A stretch of DNA of 19,514 nucleotides from the IMG/VR virus record IMGVR_UViG_3300035499_000465, positions 64,001 to 83,514 of that record. One strand, 5' to 3'. Of the stretch, positions 7,651 to 15,607 are shown piece by piece. The translations under genes were made by a program, and so were the position numbers. Every line of letters starts with the position of its first letter. Within the stretch, counting starts at the first letter, position 1. The DNA is from a virus. The notes under the pieces were generated by a model. The model did no database searches. It was given only the letters and a program-made list of their open reading frames with translations, and was not told where the DNA came from.

Positions 7651-9075
7651 TTACATATCAATACCTTCAACTTTAAAGGAATCGTAAAAAGTAACAAAAA
7701 ATCCACTAAAATTAGTTGGACAATGCGCTGACTTATTGCTTCCAAAGAAAGTCCCAAAATATGTAGTACAATAACTTCCAAAAGTATAATTTACTGCGGA
7801 ATGATATGTACTAAAAGTTGTAGTTGCAAAATTACTACAATTTCCAGCAAAATTTGTCGTACAAAAATCTCCATAAGTATAATTAACATTTGTAAAAAAT
7901 GTAGCATACTTAGGACTACAATAACTACTACAATGAGTTGCAAAAAAAGTATAATTTACACCATTAAAGAAAGTAGCATATCTAGGATTACAATAACTAC
8001 TACAATGTGCTGCAAAATAAGTATAATTTACACCATTAAAGAAAGTAGCATACTTAGGATTACAATAATTACTACAATGAGTTGCAAAATAAGTATAATT
8101 TACACCATTAAAGAAAGTAGCAAAATTTGTTCCAAAGTTAGTTGCATTTTTAGAAGAGTGAAAAGTTGCATTTTTAGAAGAATGATTTGTGTTACAAACT
8201 GAAATATGATTCGTATCATCTCTGCGGCAACTACTACTATAACTAAAACAATTCCATACTCCAGAATAATAAGTAGAATTTTTAGATTTAAAAAATGTTC
8301 CATGAAAAGTTCCATGAAAAGTAGCATGCTTAGAAGAATGTAATGTATTACAAAAACCACAGAAATTCCCGCAATGAGCTGCAAATGTATAATTCACTCC
8401 ACCAAAAAATGTATTACAAAAACCGCAATAATTTCCACAATGAGCTGCAAATGTATAATTTACTCCACCAAAAAATGTACTATAATTTCCTGTGCAATAA
8501 TTTGAACAAAGAGCAGCAAATGTATAATTTACACTATTAAAAAAAGTAGCATAACGTGCATCACAAAAGCTACTACAATGAGTAGCAAAAAATGTTGAAT
8601 CATGACTACTAAAATAAGTATAATTAACACTAGAGAAAACTGTTGTACATGTTTCTGTAGTGTGACTAGTATTAAAAGCTCCAAAATAAGTCGCGCAGAG
8701 AGGAGTATTCTGCCTATAAGATGTGAAATTATTTGAATTATAAGATCGACAAAGGCTCTCCATATACCCAATCGTTTTTTCAATTATAGAAACATTAGTA
8801 TATGCATTAATAACAACTCCTGCAGTAGCAGATGGCGTTCCAAAAGTTGTAATATTAGCACTATTTAAAAAAGATACTTTATCTTTAGTGTCACTAATTT
8901 GACTAAAAACATTAGTAACTCCAGTTGCAGGGGTAATTGAACTCCCCTGCAAACTTGGAACAGTTAATGACGCAACTCCAGCTGTTGAACGCATTGTATT
9001 TAATCTATTATAAAAATCTGAAATAGTGGACGCAGTAATTGAATTACCTTTATAAAATACTGTTCTTGTCGCCAT
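7651..9075 (-). CDS. 474-aa Cys-rich tandem-repeat protein. It has 26 Cys, 17 His, and many Tyr/Phe/Asn/Thr. About ten 24-aa repeats of the form TFFNGVNYT[YF]FA[AT]HC[SG][NS][YF]C[NS]P[KR]YA follow a 108-aa Ser/Thr-rich, Cys-free N-terminal region. It is the putative substrate or precursor of the adjacent radical-SAM enzymes.
   Basis: ATG at 9075..9073 (RBS GAGAGGG, spacer about 10). The repeats and residue counts were read from the translation; three consecutive units (aa 319..390) are nearly identical. No N-terminal hydrophobic signal. It lies immediately upstream of two radical-SAM/SPASM genes in one operon. Confidence 0.75.
   Translation of the reverse strand: MATRTVFYKGNSITASTISDFYNRLNTMRSTAGVASLTVPSLQGSSITPATGVTNVFSQISDTKDKVSFLNSANITTFGTPSATAGVVINAYTNVSIIEKTIGYMESLCRSYNSNNFTSYRQNTPLCATYFGAFNTSHTTETCTTVFSSVNYTYFSSHDSTFFATHCSSFCDARYATFFNSVNYTFAALCSNYCTGNYSTFFGGVNYTFAAHCGNYCGFCNTFFGGVNYTFAAHCGNFCGFCNTLHSSKHATFHGTFHGTFFKSKNSTYYSGVWNCFSYSSSCRRDDTNHISVCNTNHSSKNATFHSSKNATNFGTNFATFFNGVNYTYFATHCSNYCNPKYATFFNGVNYTYFAAHCSSYCNPRYATFFNGVNYTFFATHCSSYCSPKYATFFTNVNYTYGDFCTTNFAGNCSNFATTTFSTYHSAVNYTFGSYCTTYFGTFFGSNKSAHCPTNFSGFFVTFYDSFKVEGIDM
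7743..8628 (-). repeat. in-frame tandem coding repeats with a period of about 72 bp (24 codons) inside the Cys-rich gene. The most conserved block is 7906..8121.
   Basis: Recurrent DNA strings such as gtataatttacaccattaaagaaagtagcata recur at about 72-bp spacing. These explain the spurious repetitive antisense ORFs at 7801..8202 and 8343..8540. Confidence 0.7.
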
Positions 9076-9100
9076 TCTGGCTTAGCCCTCTCTTTCTTTT

Positions 9101-9424
9101 TTAATAAGTAAATACAAAATTTGGATATGGTTCACTGTACTCCTCTGCAGTTGTCATTCTCATCGCAATATTATCTAATCTAGTATATTTACTACTGTTA
9201 AAAATAATCCTTCCATCTTCTTCAATCACTTGAATAGATGAAATAGAATCTTTTACAAAATAAGGAACAAATTTTTCTACAATTTCTAGATTATATAAAT
9301 CTGCACCTACAACTGTTAGTATAAATCTAACCCCTTTTTCTGGTTCATCTGGGGCGATCCTAATATCTTCAGCGAAGTTGCGAATATTAATAATTAATTC
9401 TTCATTATTAAGATTTAATATCAT
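9101..9424 (-). CDS. 107-aa acidic hypothetical protein. It is the first gene of the cassette and may be a small accessory or chaperone-like protein.
   Basis: ATG at 9424..9422 with GGAGG 7 nt upstream. It sits directly downstream of a strong promoter-like element and 25 nt upstream of the repeat-protein gene. Confidence 0.55.
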   Translation of the reverse strand: MILNLNNEELIINIRNFAEDIRIAPDEPEKGVRFILTVVGADLYNLEIVEKFVPYFVKDSISSIQVIEEDGRIIFNSSKYTRLDNIAMRMTTAEEYSEPYPNFVFTY

Positions 9425-9450
9425 ATTAAAACCTCCATTGATTTATTTTT

Positions 9451-9479
9451 ATTATATCATAAAATTTAGACAAAGTCAA
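9451..9479 (-). promoter_or_regulatory. sigma-A-type promoter with an extended -10, in the gap between the tail-fibre stop and the 107-aa gene. On the minus strand: TTGACT (-35; plus 9474..9479), a 17-nt spacer, then TGATATAAT (TGn + TATAAT; plus 9451..9459).
   Basis: Read directly. The -35 matches at 5 of 6, the -10 is perfect with the TG extension and the spacing is ideal. It would give the cassette transcription independent of the late structural operon. Confidence 0.45.
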
Positions 9480-9483
9480 ATCT

Positions 9484-12400
9484 TTATTTAACTTTAATCC
9501 AAATACGACCATTAACTTTTATATTTCCAGTGCCCCAAACTTTATAATCTGGAATTTCAGACACCGTACCAATAATACGATCAGGATATTCTTTAATTTC
9601 TTCTCTTGTCATTAAAGAAACTGTTCCATCAGGACCGGAACAAACCGCATCTCCTGGTTTATATTTTTCTTTATCTTCATATGGATAAGCTAAAACTCTT
9701 CCCGATACAGCCAAAGGAGTTTTACATCGATTAGTTTCTCCAATAGCAAAACCATAAGTATCAGATATAATATTTGCTCCAGGCTGAAGTCTTTTTGTTG
9801 AATATTTAAGAGCTCCATGTCCAGTTTCTATTACACATCTTCCCGCTTCATCTTTAGCTTCAACATATCTAAACTCCGCATAATCATTCCATACTGCTCC
9901 ATATACTTTACTACCAGTTATTGTTCCACTAGCAGTTATATTAGATGAAGTATTCATAGTTCCATTAAAATAACTTGTACCATTTACATATAATTTATAA
10001 CTTGGAGTAGTTCCACTTGAAACCAATTTATTAATATAAACACAATTACTCTTTATCTGTAACGCTGGATTATCAGATCGTGCATTACCATCACTATCAA
10101 GATACCATTGACTGCCACCTTCAACTCTATTTCCAGTCCAGAAAATAAATGATGTAACAGATTGATTATTTACAAAGTTTAAAGCTTCATTACCACCGGT
10201 TCCATAATAAATATATGAATTATATGTACTTCCAGAAGGTCTAAATTCAATAGCTCTTATATTAGATGCATATATGGTTGTATTTGTATAATATGAGTAT
10301 CCGCTAACTTGTAAAGAAGGGACTATTGTAGTTTGAGTATTTGAAGAAGTTGTAATCAAATATGGCGAACTTAATGAAGTTGTGTTAATACCGATTTGAC
10401 TACTTGACATATAAATTGAGCCTGCTGCAGATACTGCATTTACTCCACTAAAATAAGCAGCTCGATTTGCAGTTCCACTATTAAGCGTTGAACTTAATGA
10501 ATAAGAACATTTTGTAATAGTACCAGAACTTAAATACACTGGGGCTGTACTAGATCCAACTGTTGAACTACTTTCTGTTGGAACTCCTGCACTTAAATAC
10601 CATAACTTTGTCCCACTACCTTTGGTCGATGTATATGCGCTAACTGTGGTTCCTGCAGAATAATAAGCTAATGAATTAACAGCTCCACTATTGACAGTTG
10701 CATTTAAACTATAAGTGCAAGCTGTTGGAACTCCTGCATTCCAATAGATTGGATTTGTAGCACTTCCATAAGAATCTGCTGTTCCAACATATAATTTACT
10801 CCATCTGTTTCCGCTTACACCAAGACTTTGAGCATTTGTATTTGTTGCTTCAGCTTTTATAGGAACTATATTACCAGATGTAGTTATTTGAGCACCAATT
10901 CTATTGGCGATAGTATCTGCATTTGCTTCTAAATTTATCGAGCCGTCAGATAATAAATATAGTGTTTCAGTTCCCGCGCTAACTAAACTTTGCATATTAC
11001 TAGCACTTTCACCTGCTCCGACTATAGTCATACCACCACCGCCGATAGAAATTCCATTTCCATAAGCATCAGAAGTATTATCCATAAATCGAATCATAGA
11101 TAAATGTGCATTTGTTCCATAATAATAAATATCGCCTTTTAAAGCAGTAGTACCATTAACATATAATTTATATCCTGTTACTGATCCGCCAATCATCAAG
11201 TTACTTGTTACTTGTAAATATCCACTTGATGATTCAATAATTCTACTTGTATAATCAGATGTACTATTACTAAAATGAAAATCTATATATGGGTTTGGGG
11301 CAGATAATTCAATGAAACCGCTTCCAACATATGTTCCCGCTACTCCGGAAACTCCTGCGGATGTAAAACTTGTACTACTAGAAACAAATAATACATTTGT
11401 ATATGTATTACTCCAATGTAAACTAGCTGTTCCTAAGGTATAACTACCATTACTAGCTGGCTGAATTATTTGTGAAGTTAAAGTATTATTTAATGTTTTA
11501 GCTCCATAAATAGTTTGAGTAGTATTAGTAATTAATCCTGTATGAGAAGAGTCATGAGCTGGAATAGTAACAGTTGTTATTTCTGAACCATTTTTAGCTT
11601 TACCATTTACAATTAAACTTGTTCCATTTGAAGTATTCAACCCTAATGTTGCAATATATCCTGCAACAATACTATTTCCATTAGCATCATTTGTTGCTCT
11701 ATCAGCTAAATAACTTCTATATGCAATATTTGTATTTGATATGGTCTGAGTTATAGTTCCAAGAGTTGTTGTAAATCCAATGCTCCATCCAGTCGCCCAT
11801 TTATCTTGACTATAATTAGTGTATCCAACAGTAAGATCTGAGATAGAAACCTGCGGATAATTCCATGTAGTTGTAGATTCACCAATATAAATTGCGCATT
11901 TACTTCCATCATGTCCAAATCTAACATTTAAATTACTTAAACCATATTCATATTTACCAATAGCTTGCGCAAATACGTTATACCAGCTTGGACTATCACT
12001 ACTATTATAATTATATCCACCAACTAAATATTCCACAGATCTTCCAGTTGAATAATCATAAATAGATACCTTAAAACGCATCATAGTACTAGTCCATGAT
12101 TGCGGCAAAGTAACTTTTAAGTATCCTGTTGCTGTTGAAGAAGTTGTGGCATAACTTCCGCCATCTGGAAAGGCAATATAATAATTAGATTTTCCGACTG
12201 CGGTTGTAGTTAAGTTACCATTTAACCACATTTTACCACTTGTGTTAATAGAAGCAACTCCACCAACACTGTTACGTCTAAATACCCATCCTCTATTATC
12301 TGTATTGCTCATGGTTATATAAGTAGCCCAATCGCCAGTTACATATCCATGTGTACCTGCGCTTGAAGTTTGTCTAAAAGTAATACCATAGTTTATAGGA

Positions 12401-14847
12401 TCATCAGAACCATATAACCCAATACCATAAGCACTTCCACTACCAGTCGTATTTACATTTAGTTGATTTTGAAGTTTTAAACTACATAAATAGCTAGTTC
12501 CAGTATTTATATAGTAAGAACCTGCAGATCCAACATAAATGGTTCCACCTTTAACCTGAAGATTTCCTCCAGTATATACAACTCCACCATTATTATTCAA
12601 ATAAAGTGTACTAGTAGTGGTAGCACTTGCTTTAGCCATAATTTCATTTCCATCTAAAGCTAAATGTGTTCCAGAAATATCTCCAATTAAAACCACTCCA
12701 GATCCGCTCGTACTTGCCTCTGCATCAGTTGTATTACTGAATATTGTAACACCAGAAAAAGTTTTCTTTCCTGCAAAAGTTTGTTCTCCAGTAGAGATTA
12801 AACCTGCGGCACTTGAGGTTGCCATTGGAATTGAAATGGTTGCTTGAACACTTCCACTTGCATATTTACTTTGAATCTTATATGTCGTTCCTGTGGATTC
12901 AGATTGCGCGATTGATGTTAGATATTTGCCATCTGCTGTACTTTTACTATATATATAATCAGTATAATTTCCAGAATGTAATACGGTATAATTAGTTGCT
13001 GTAGAACCCCATGTACGATTGGGAGTAAAATATAATACTCCAGTATTCGCCCACAAAGAATCTACCGTAGTAGAAGTATTGTAGAATTGAATACCTTCAG
13101 CAGCCGAATCACACAAATCTCCAAACTGAATTTGGTTTACATTATAAATATTACTGTTGTTAGCATTAAGTGCTCCACTATTTAATGCATCTGTATATTG
13201 ACTACCTTTTAAAGAGATAACCCCTGTCATCGTTCCGCCTGCAAGAGGCAAGAATGAAGGTTTTATAGTAGTCGTAGTTCCAGTTGCACCGGATTCGCTA
13301 TATCTAACTAAATTAATTGAGGTTCCCGCACTATCAAGAGTAATTGTAGTATTTGGTCCAAGAAAACTTGGTTTTCCAGTGATATTAGACCAAGCTACTG
13401 AAGCTGCAACTCCAGCCGCAAATACTTCATAACCATCTTCGCTTGTTAATTTAGTTTGATCTTTTACAAAGTACATTTTATTGGTTGATGTAACTTTAAC
13501 CACATCACCATTTTGAACACTTGATGTAGTTAATGCCAGACGAGCTGTGTCATCTGCAACTACAACTAATCTTTCTAATGCACCCTGTGGAATATATTTT
13601 ATATCAATTAAATTATTTGAATCTAATGGGGCAAATTTTCCAATAGTAGTTGTAGTTCCATTACCAGTTGTTTGCTCTAATTGGTATTCAGTTCCACTAG
13701 AAATTTTAACACTTTTTAAATAAGTTGATGTAATTGTATTTCCTGAAGCATCTGCAGTTGCCTTAGCAGCAGTTCCTGAGATACTAATACCCCAAGTTCC
13801 AGAGGCTCCAGTTCCATCTTTTTTAACTGTATAAGAAGTATAATTATTTGAAGTTAATAAATGCTCCCAACTTCCCCAAGTTGTATCTCCAGTTGATGTA
13901 CGATGATGTAAACCGTTTGAATCAAAAGCCAATTCATGGGCTGGGCCGCCAGTCCAGTCAGATCCAGAAGCATAAGGTCTAAAAGTCATAACCCCAGAAT
14001 AAGAGCTAGATAAACCTGTTACACTTGCCGCTTTAAAATTAAATTGTATGCCATTTGTTTTTGCATTTAAGCTACTAGGATTAATTACATCATTTCTAGT
14101 ATCTGGACATATTAAATAAGAAGCATAAGTCGCAGTATCTGCATTACCATTTAAGGTTGCCTTAATAGTAGAAGGTAATTTTAAAGTTACATTTGCACTA
14201 CCATTTACTCCAACACCAGAACTAGTATTACTTGCATCGCTATCTTGAATATAAAATAATCTACTTGTAGCCCATGTGCTTGCGGTTGATGCATTTCCCA
14301 CAAAAGTATTTGCAACAACTTTACCATTGTCTCTAATCGCCATTAAGGTTGTCCAAGAACTACCAGAATCTTCGCTTTGTTGAAATTCAAAAACTGAATC
14401 ATCAGTTGTGCTATTATCTACATTTATAATTCTTTGCCAATATAAACCAGAATTCCATGTAATTCCGCTTGCCGTTCCATCAGCAGAGAACTTAAGAGGT
14501 CCACTAAGGGTACCTCCAGTAAGTGCCAAATCTTCGGACGCGTGTCCTGTTAAGCTAGCTTTTATAGTAGAAGGCAGTTTTAAAATAACGTCATTAGTAC
14601 CATTAACTAATGTCGATGGCCCAGAGTTAGTTCCACTATTATCTTTAACAGTGAAATTTCTTGCCGTTATCCATGCATCTGCTAAAGTGCTCATTTTTAC
14701 ACGAGTGTTTGAATCTGTATCGAAATAAATAGAGCCCGTATAACCAGAATTACTGTCTCCACTAATGGCAAAATATACTTTACCAGCTTCTTTAGAACTT
14801 GGTAATTTTGACTCTAAACCTGTAGTAAATTTTACATTATTAGCCAT
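9484..14847 (-). CDS. giant tail fibre / receptor-binding fibre protein (1787 aa). Low-complexity S/T/G/N/Y-rich beta-type composition, with internal modular duplications and a non-repetitive C-terminal globular domain.
   Basis: A single uninterrupted ORF in structural-gene context, with the composition and length typical of phage fibres. Internal duplications: ...ILKLPSTIKASLTGHA versus ...TLKLPSTIKATLNGNA, GYKLYVNGT twice, and AGVPT.C.YSL..T.NSG modules. ATG at 14847; GGAGG upstream with an unusually long spacer of about 14 nt. Confidence 0.8.
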   Translation of the reverse strand: MANNVKFTTGLESKLPSSKEAGKVYFAISGDSNSGYTGSIYFDTDSNTRVKMSTLADAWITARNFTVKDNSGTNSGPSTLVNGTNDVILKLPSTIKASLTGHASEDLALTGGTLSGPLKFSADGTASGITWNSGLYWQRIINVDNSTTDDSVFEFQQSEDSGSSWTTLMAIRDNGKVVANTFVGNASTASTWATSRLFYIQDSDASNTSSGVGVNGSANVTLKLPSTIKATLNGNADTATYASYLICPDTRNDVINPSSLNAKTNGIQFNFKAASVTGLSSSYSGVMTFRPYASGSDWTGGPAHELAFDSNGLHHRTSTGDTTWGSWEHLLTSNNYTSYTVKKDGTGASGTWGISISGTAAKATADASGNTITSTYLKSVKISSGTEYQLEQTTGNGTTTTIGKFAPLDSNNLIDIKYIPQGALERLVVVADDTARLALTTSSVQNGDVVKVTSTNKMYFVKDQTKLTSEDGYEVFAAGVAASVAWSNITGKPSFLGPNTTITLDSAGTSINLVRYSESGATGTTTTIKPSFLPLAGGTMTGVISLKGSQYTDALNSGALNANNSNIYNVNQIQFGDLCDSAAEGIQFYNTSTTVDSLWANTGVLYFTPNRTWGSTATNYTVLHSGNYTDYIYSKSTADGKYLTSIAQSESTGTTYKIQSKYASGSVQATISIPMATSSAAGLISTGEQTFAGKKTFSGVTIFSNTTDAEASTSGSGVVLIGDISGTHLALDGNEIMAKASATTTSTLYLNNNGGVVYTGGNLQVKGGTIYVGSAGSYYINTGTSYLCSLKLQNQLNVNTTGSGSAYGIGLYGSDDPINYGITFRQTSSAGTHGYVTGDWATYITMSNTDNRGWVFRRNSVGGVASINTSGKMWLNGNLTTTAVGKSNYYIAFPDGGSYATTSSTATGYLKVTLPQSWTSTMMRFKVSIYDYSTGRSVEYLVGGYNYNSSDSPSWYNVFAQAIGKYEYGLSNLNVRFGHDGSKCAIYIGESTTTWNYPQVSISDLTVGYTNYSQDKWATGWSIGFTTTLGTITQTISNTNIAYRSYLADRATNDANGNSIVAGYIATLGLNTSNGTSLIVNGKAKNGSEITTVTIPAHDSSHTGLITNTTQTIYGAKTLNNTLTSQIIQPASNGSYTLGTASLHWSNTYTNVLFVSSSTSFTSAGVSGVAGTYVGSGFIELSAPNPYIDFHFSNSTSDYTSRIIESSSGYLQVTSNLMIGGSVTGYKLYVNGTTALKGDIYYYGTNAHLSMIRFMDNTSDAYGNGISIGGGGMTIVGAGESASNMQSLVSAGTETLYLLSDGSINLEANADTIANRIGAQITTSGNIVPIKAEATNTNAQSLGVSGNRWSKLYVGTADSYGSATNPIYWNAGVPTACTYSLNATVNSGAVNSLAYYSAGTTVSAYTSTKGSGTKLWYLSAGVPTESSSTVGSSTAPVYLSSGTITKCSYSLSSTLNSGTANRAAYFSGVNAVSAAGSIYMSSSQIGINTTSLSSPYLITTSSNTQTTIVPSLQVSGYSYYTNTTIYASNIRAIEFRPSGSTYNSYIYYGTGGNEALNFVNNQSVTSFIFWTGNRVEGGSQWYLDSDGNARSDNPALQIKSNCVYINKLVSSGTTPSYKLYVNGTSYFNGTMNTSSNITASGTITGSKVYGAVWNDYAEFRYVEAKDEAGRCVIETGHGALKYSTKRLQPGANIISDTYGFAIGETNRCKTPLAVSGRVLAYPYEDKEKYKPGDAVCSGPDGTVSLMTREEIKEYPDRIIGTVSEIPDYKVWGTGNIKVNGRIWIKVK

Positions 14848-14940
14848 TACTTACTAAGCTACCTCCTTTTCGCATTTTATTTTCTTTGTCTATAAGATAT
14901 AAAATTTTAATAATATTTATTTATGCCTTTTGGCCAAAAT

Positions 14941-14979
14941 AAAAAATAGGGGAGAGTATAGTTTCCTATACTCTCCCCT
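14941..14979 (-). terminator. rho-independent terminator between the 195-aa gene and the tail-fibre gene. A perfect 14-bp stem (aggggagagtatag, 14948..14961) pairs with ctatactctcccct (14966..14979) around the loop tttc; a T-rich tract follows on the minus strand (plus A-tract 14938..14947).
   Basis: Inverted repeat read directly. It lies 5 nt downstream of the 195-aa stop codon. Confidence 0.6.
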
Positions 14980-14984
14980 TTATA

Positions 14985-15572
14985 TTATAACGTTATCCAA
15001 TAAACGTCATCTTTAGAGATTGCATCAATTCGAGCAAAAATTTCTGCGCTTATAGAAGCTAAATGATCTTCTTGCTCATCAAATTCAGTGTCTTGGTCAA
15101 TACCATGTAATACTTTACTTACAGAAGTAAGAGTCCCCAAGCTATATTCAAATTTTCTACCGGAATCGTTTAAACGATAAAATTCAATAGAATATTGAAC
15201 GTCTCCAGAAGCCTTAGTTACGTCTCCATCAATTACCCAAGGAATAATCATTTTATTCTCGTCAGATAATGTATCCACATCATAGTATGGAACCGCAAAA
15301 ATTCGACCTTCACCTTTTGCATTAATATATTTAATAATGCAAGTAGTGGTAGTTAAATCTACATGATCAAAATATCTATTTACTTTAAAGAAAATAGTTT
15401 CTGCGCGATGGTCCTTTTCAACGCTTAAAAACTCGGGCGCTGCAATCGTACGAGTATTTAAATCAATATCATAGATTGTTTCAGTGCTAGGAAGTAAAAC
15501 GGCTATGCTTGGAGCATTTTCATCTTGAATTCTATAAAGCAAATCATAGTATTCTTTAGATGTTGTAATCAT
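14985..15572 (-). CDS. 195-aa putative tail/baseplate-associated protein. It shares a roughly 150-aa domain with the N-terminal part of the upstream 643/665-aa protein.
   Basis: ATG at 15572 with AAGGAGG 9 nt upstream. Paralogy visible by eye: ...TETIYDIDLNTRTIAAPEF...IIPWVIDGD...GDVQYSIEFYRLN...FEYSLGTLTSVS versus ...DEDVFEINANDRSITVPASF...VSVPWVKDIE...GTIQFAVRFYNYD...LNYSLSTLTCSA. Confidence 0.65.
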   Translation of the reverse strand: MITTSKEYYDLLYRIQDENAPSIAVLLPSTETIYDIDLNTRTIAAPEFLSVEKDHRAETIFFKVNRYFDHVDLTTTTCIIKYINAKGEGRIFAVPYYDVDTLSDENKMIIPWVIDGDVTKASGDVQYSIEFYRLNDSGRKFEYSLGTLTSVSKVLHGIDQDTEFDEQEDHLASISAEIFARIDAISKDDVYWITL

Positions 15573-15607
15573 TAGCCCTATCCTCCTTTTAAAATATCAA
15601 GCTTTTA

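Noticed and set aside
7906-8121. Regularly spaced ~72-bp direct repeats that could look like a CRISPR-type array
   Set aside because: The repeats are in-frame coding units of one long ORF and are imperfect. No short palindromic repeat alternates with unique spacers, and the period (72) is a multiple of 3.
7801-8540. Plus-strand ORFs 7801..8202 and 8343..8540, and alternate-frame minus ORFs 8100..8384 and 8529..8783, with strikingly repetitive translations
   Set aside because: They lie entirely within the 474-aa minus-strand gene and are antisense or out-of-frame echoes of its 72-bp tandem repeats. They have no RBS.
2218-9075. The cassette as a compositional island (lower GC than the tail genes)
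   Set aside because: Spot counts of several 60-nt lines in the cassette and in the tail fibre both gave roughly 25-27% GC. I see no clear shift without a proper windowed calculation.
12617-14728. Plus-strand ORFs 12617..12847, 12813..12995 and 14408..14728
   Set aside because: Antisense to the uninterrupted 1787-aa tail-fibre gene. No RBS, and codon composition is atypical.
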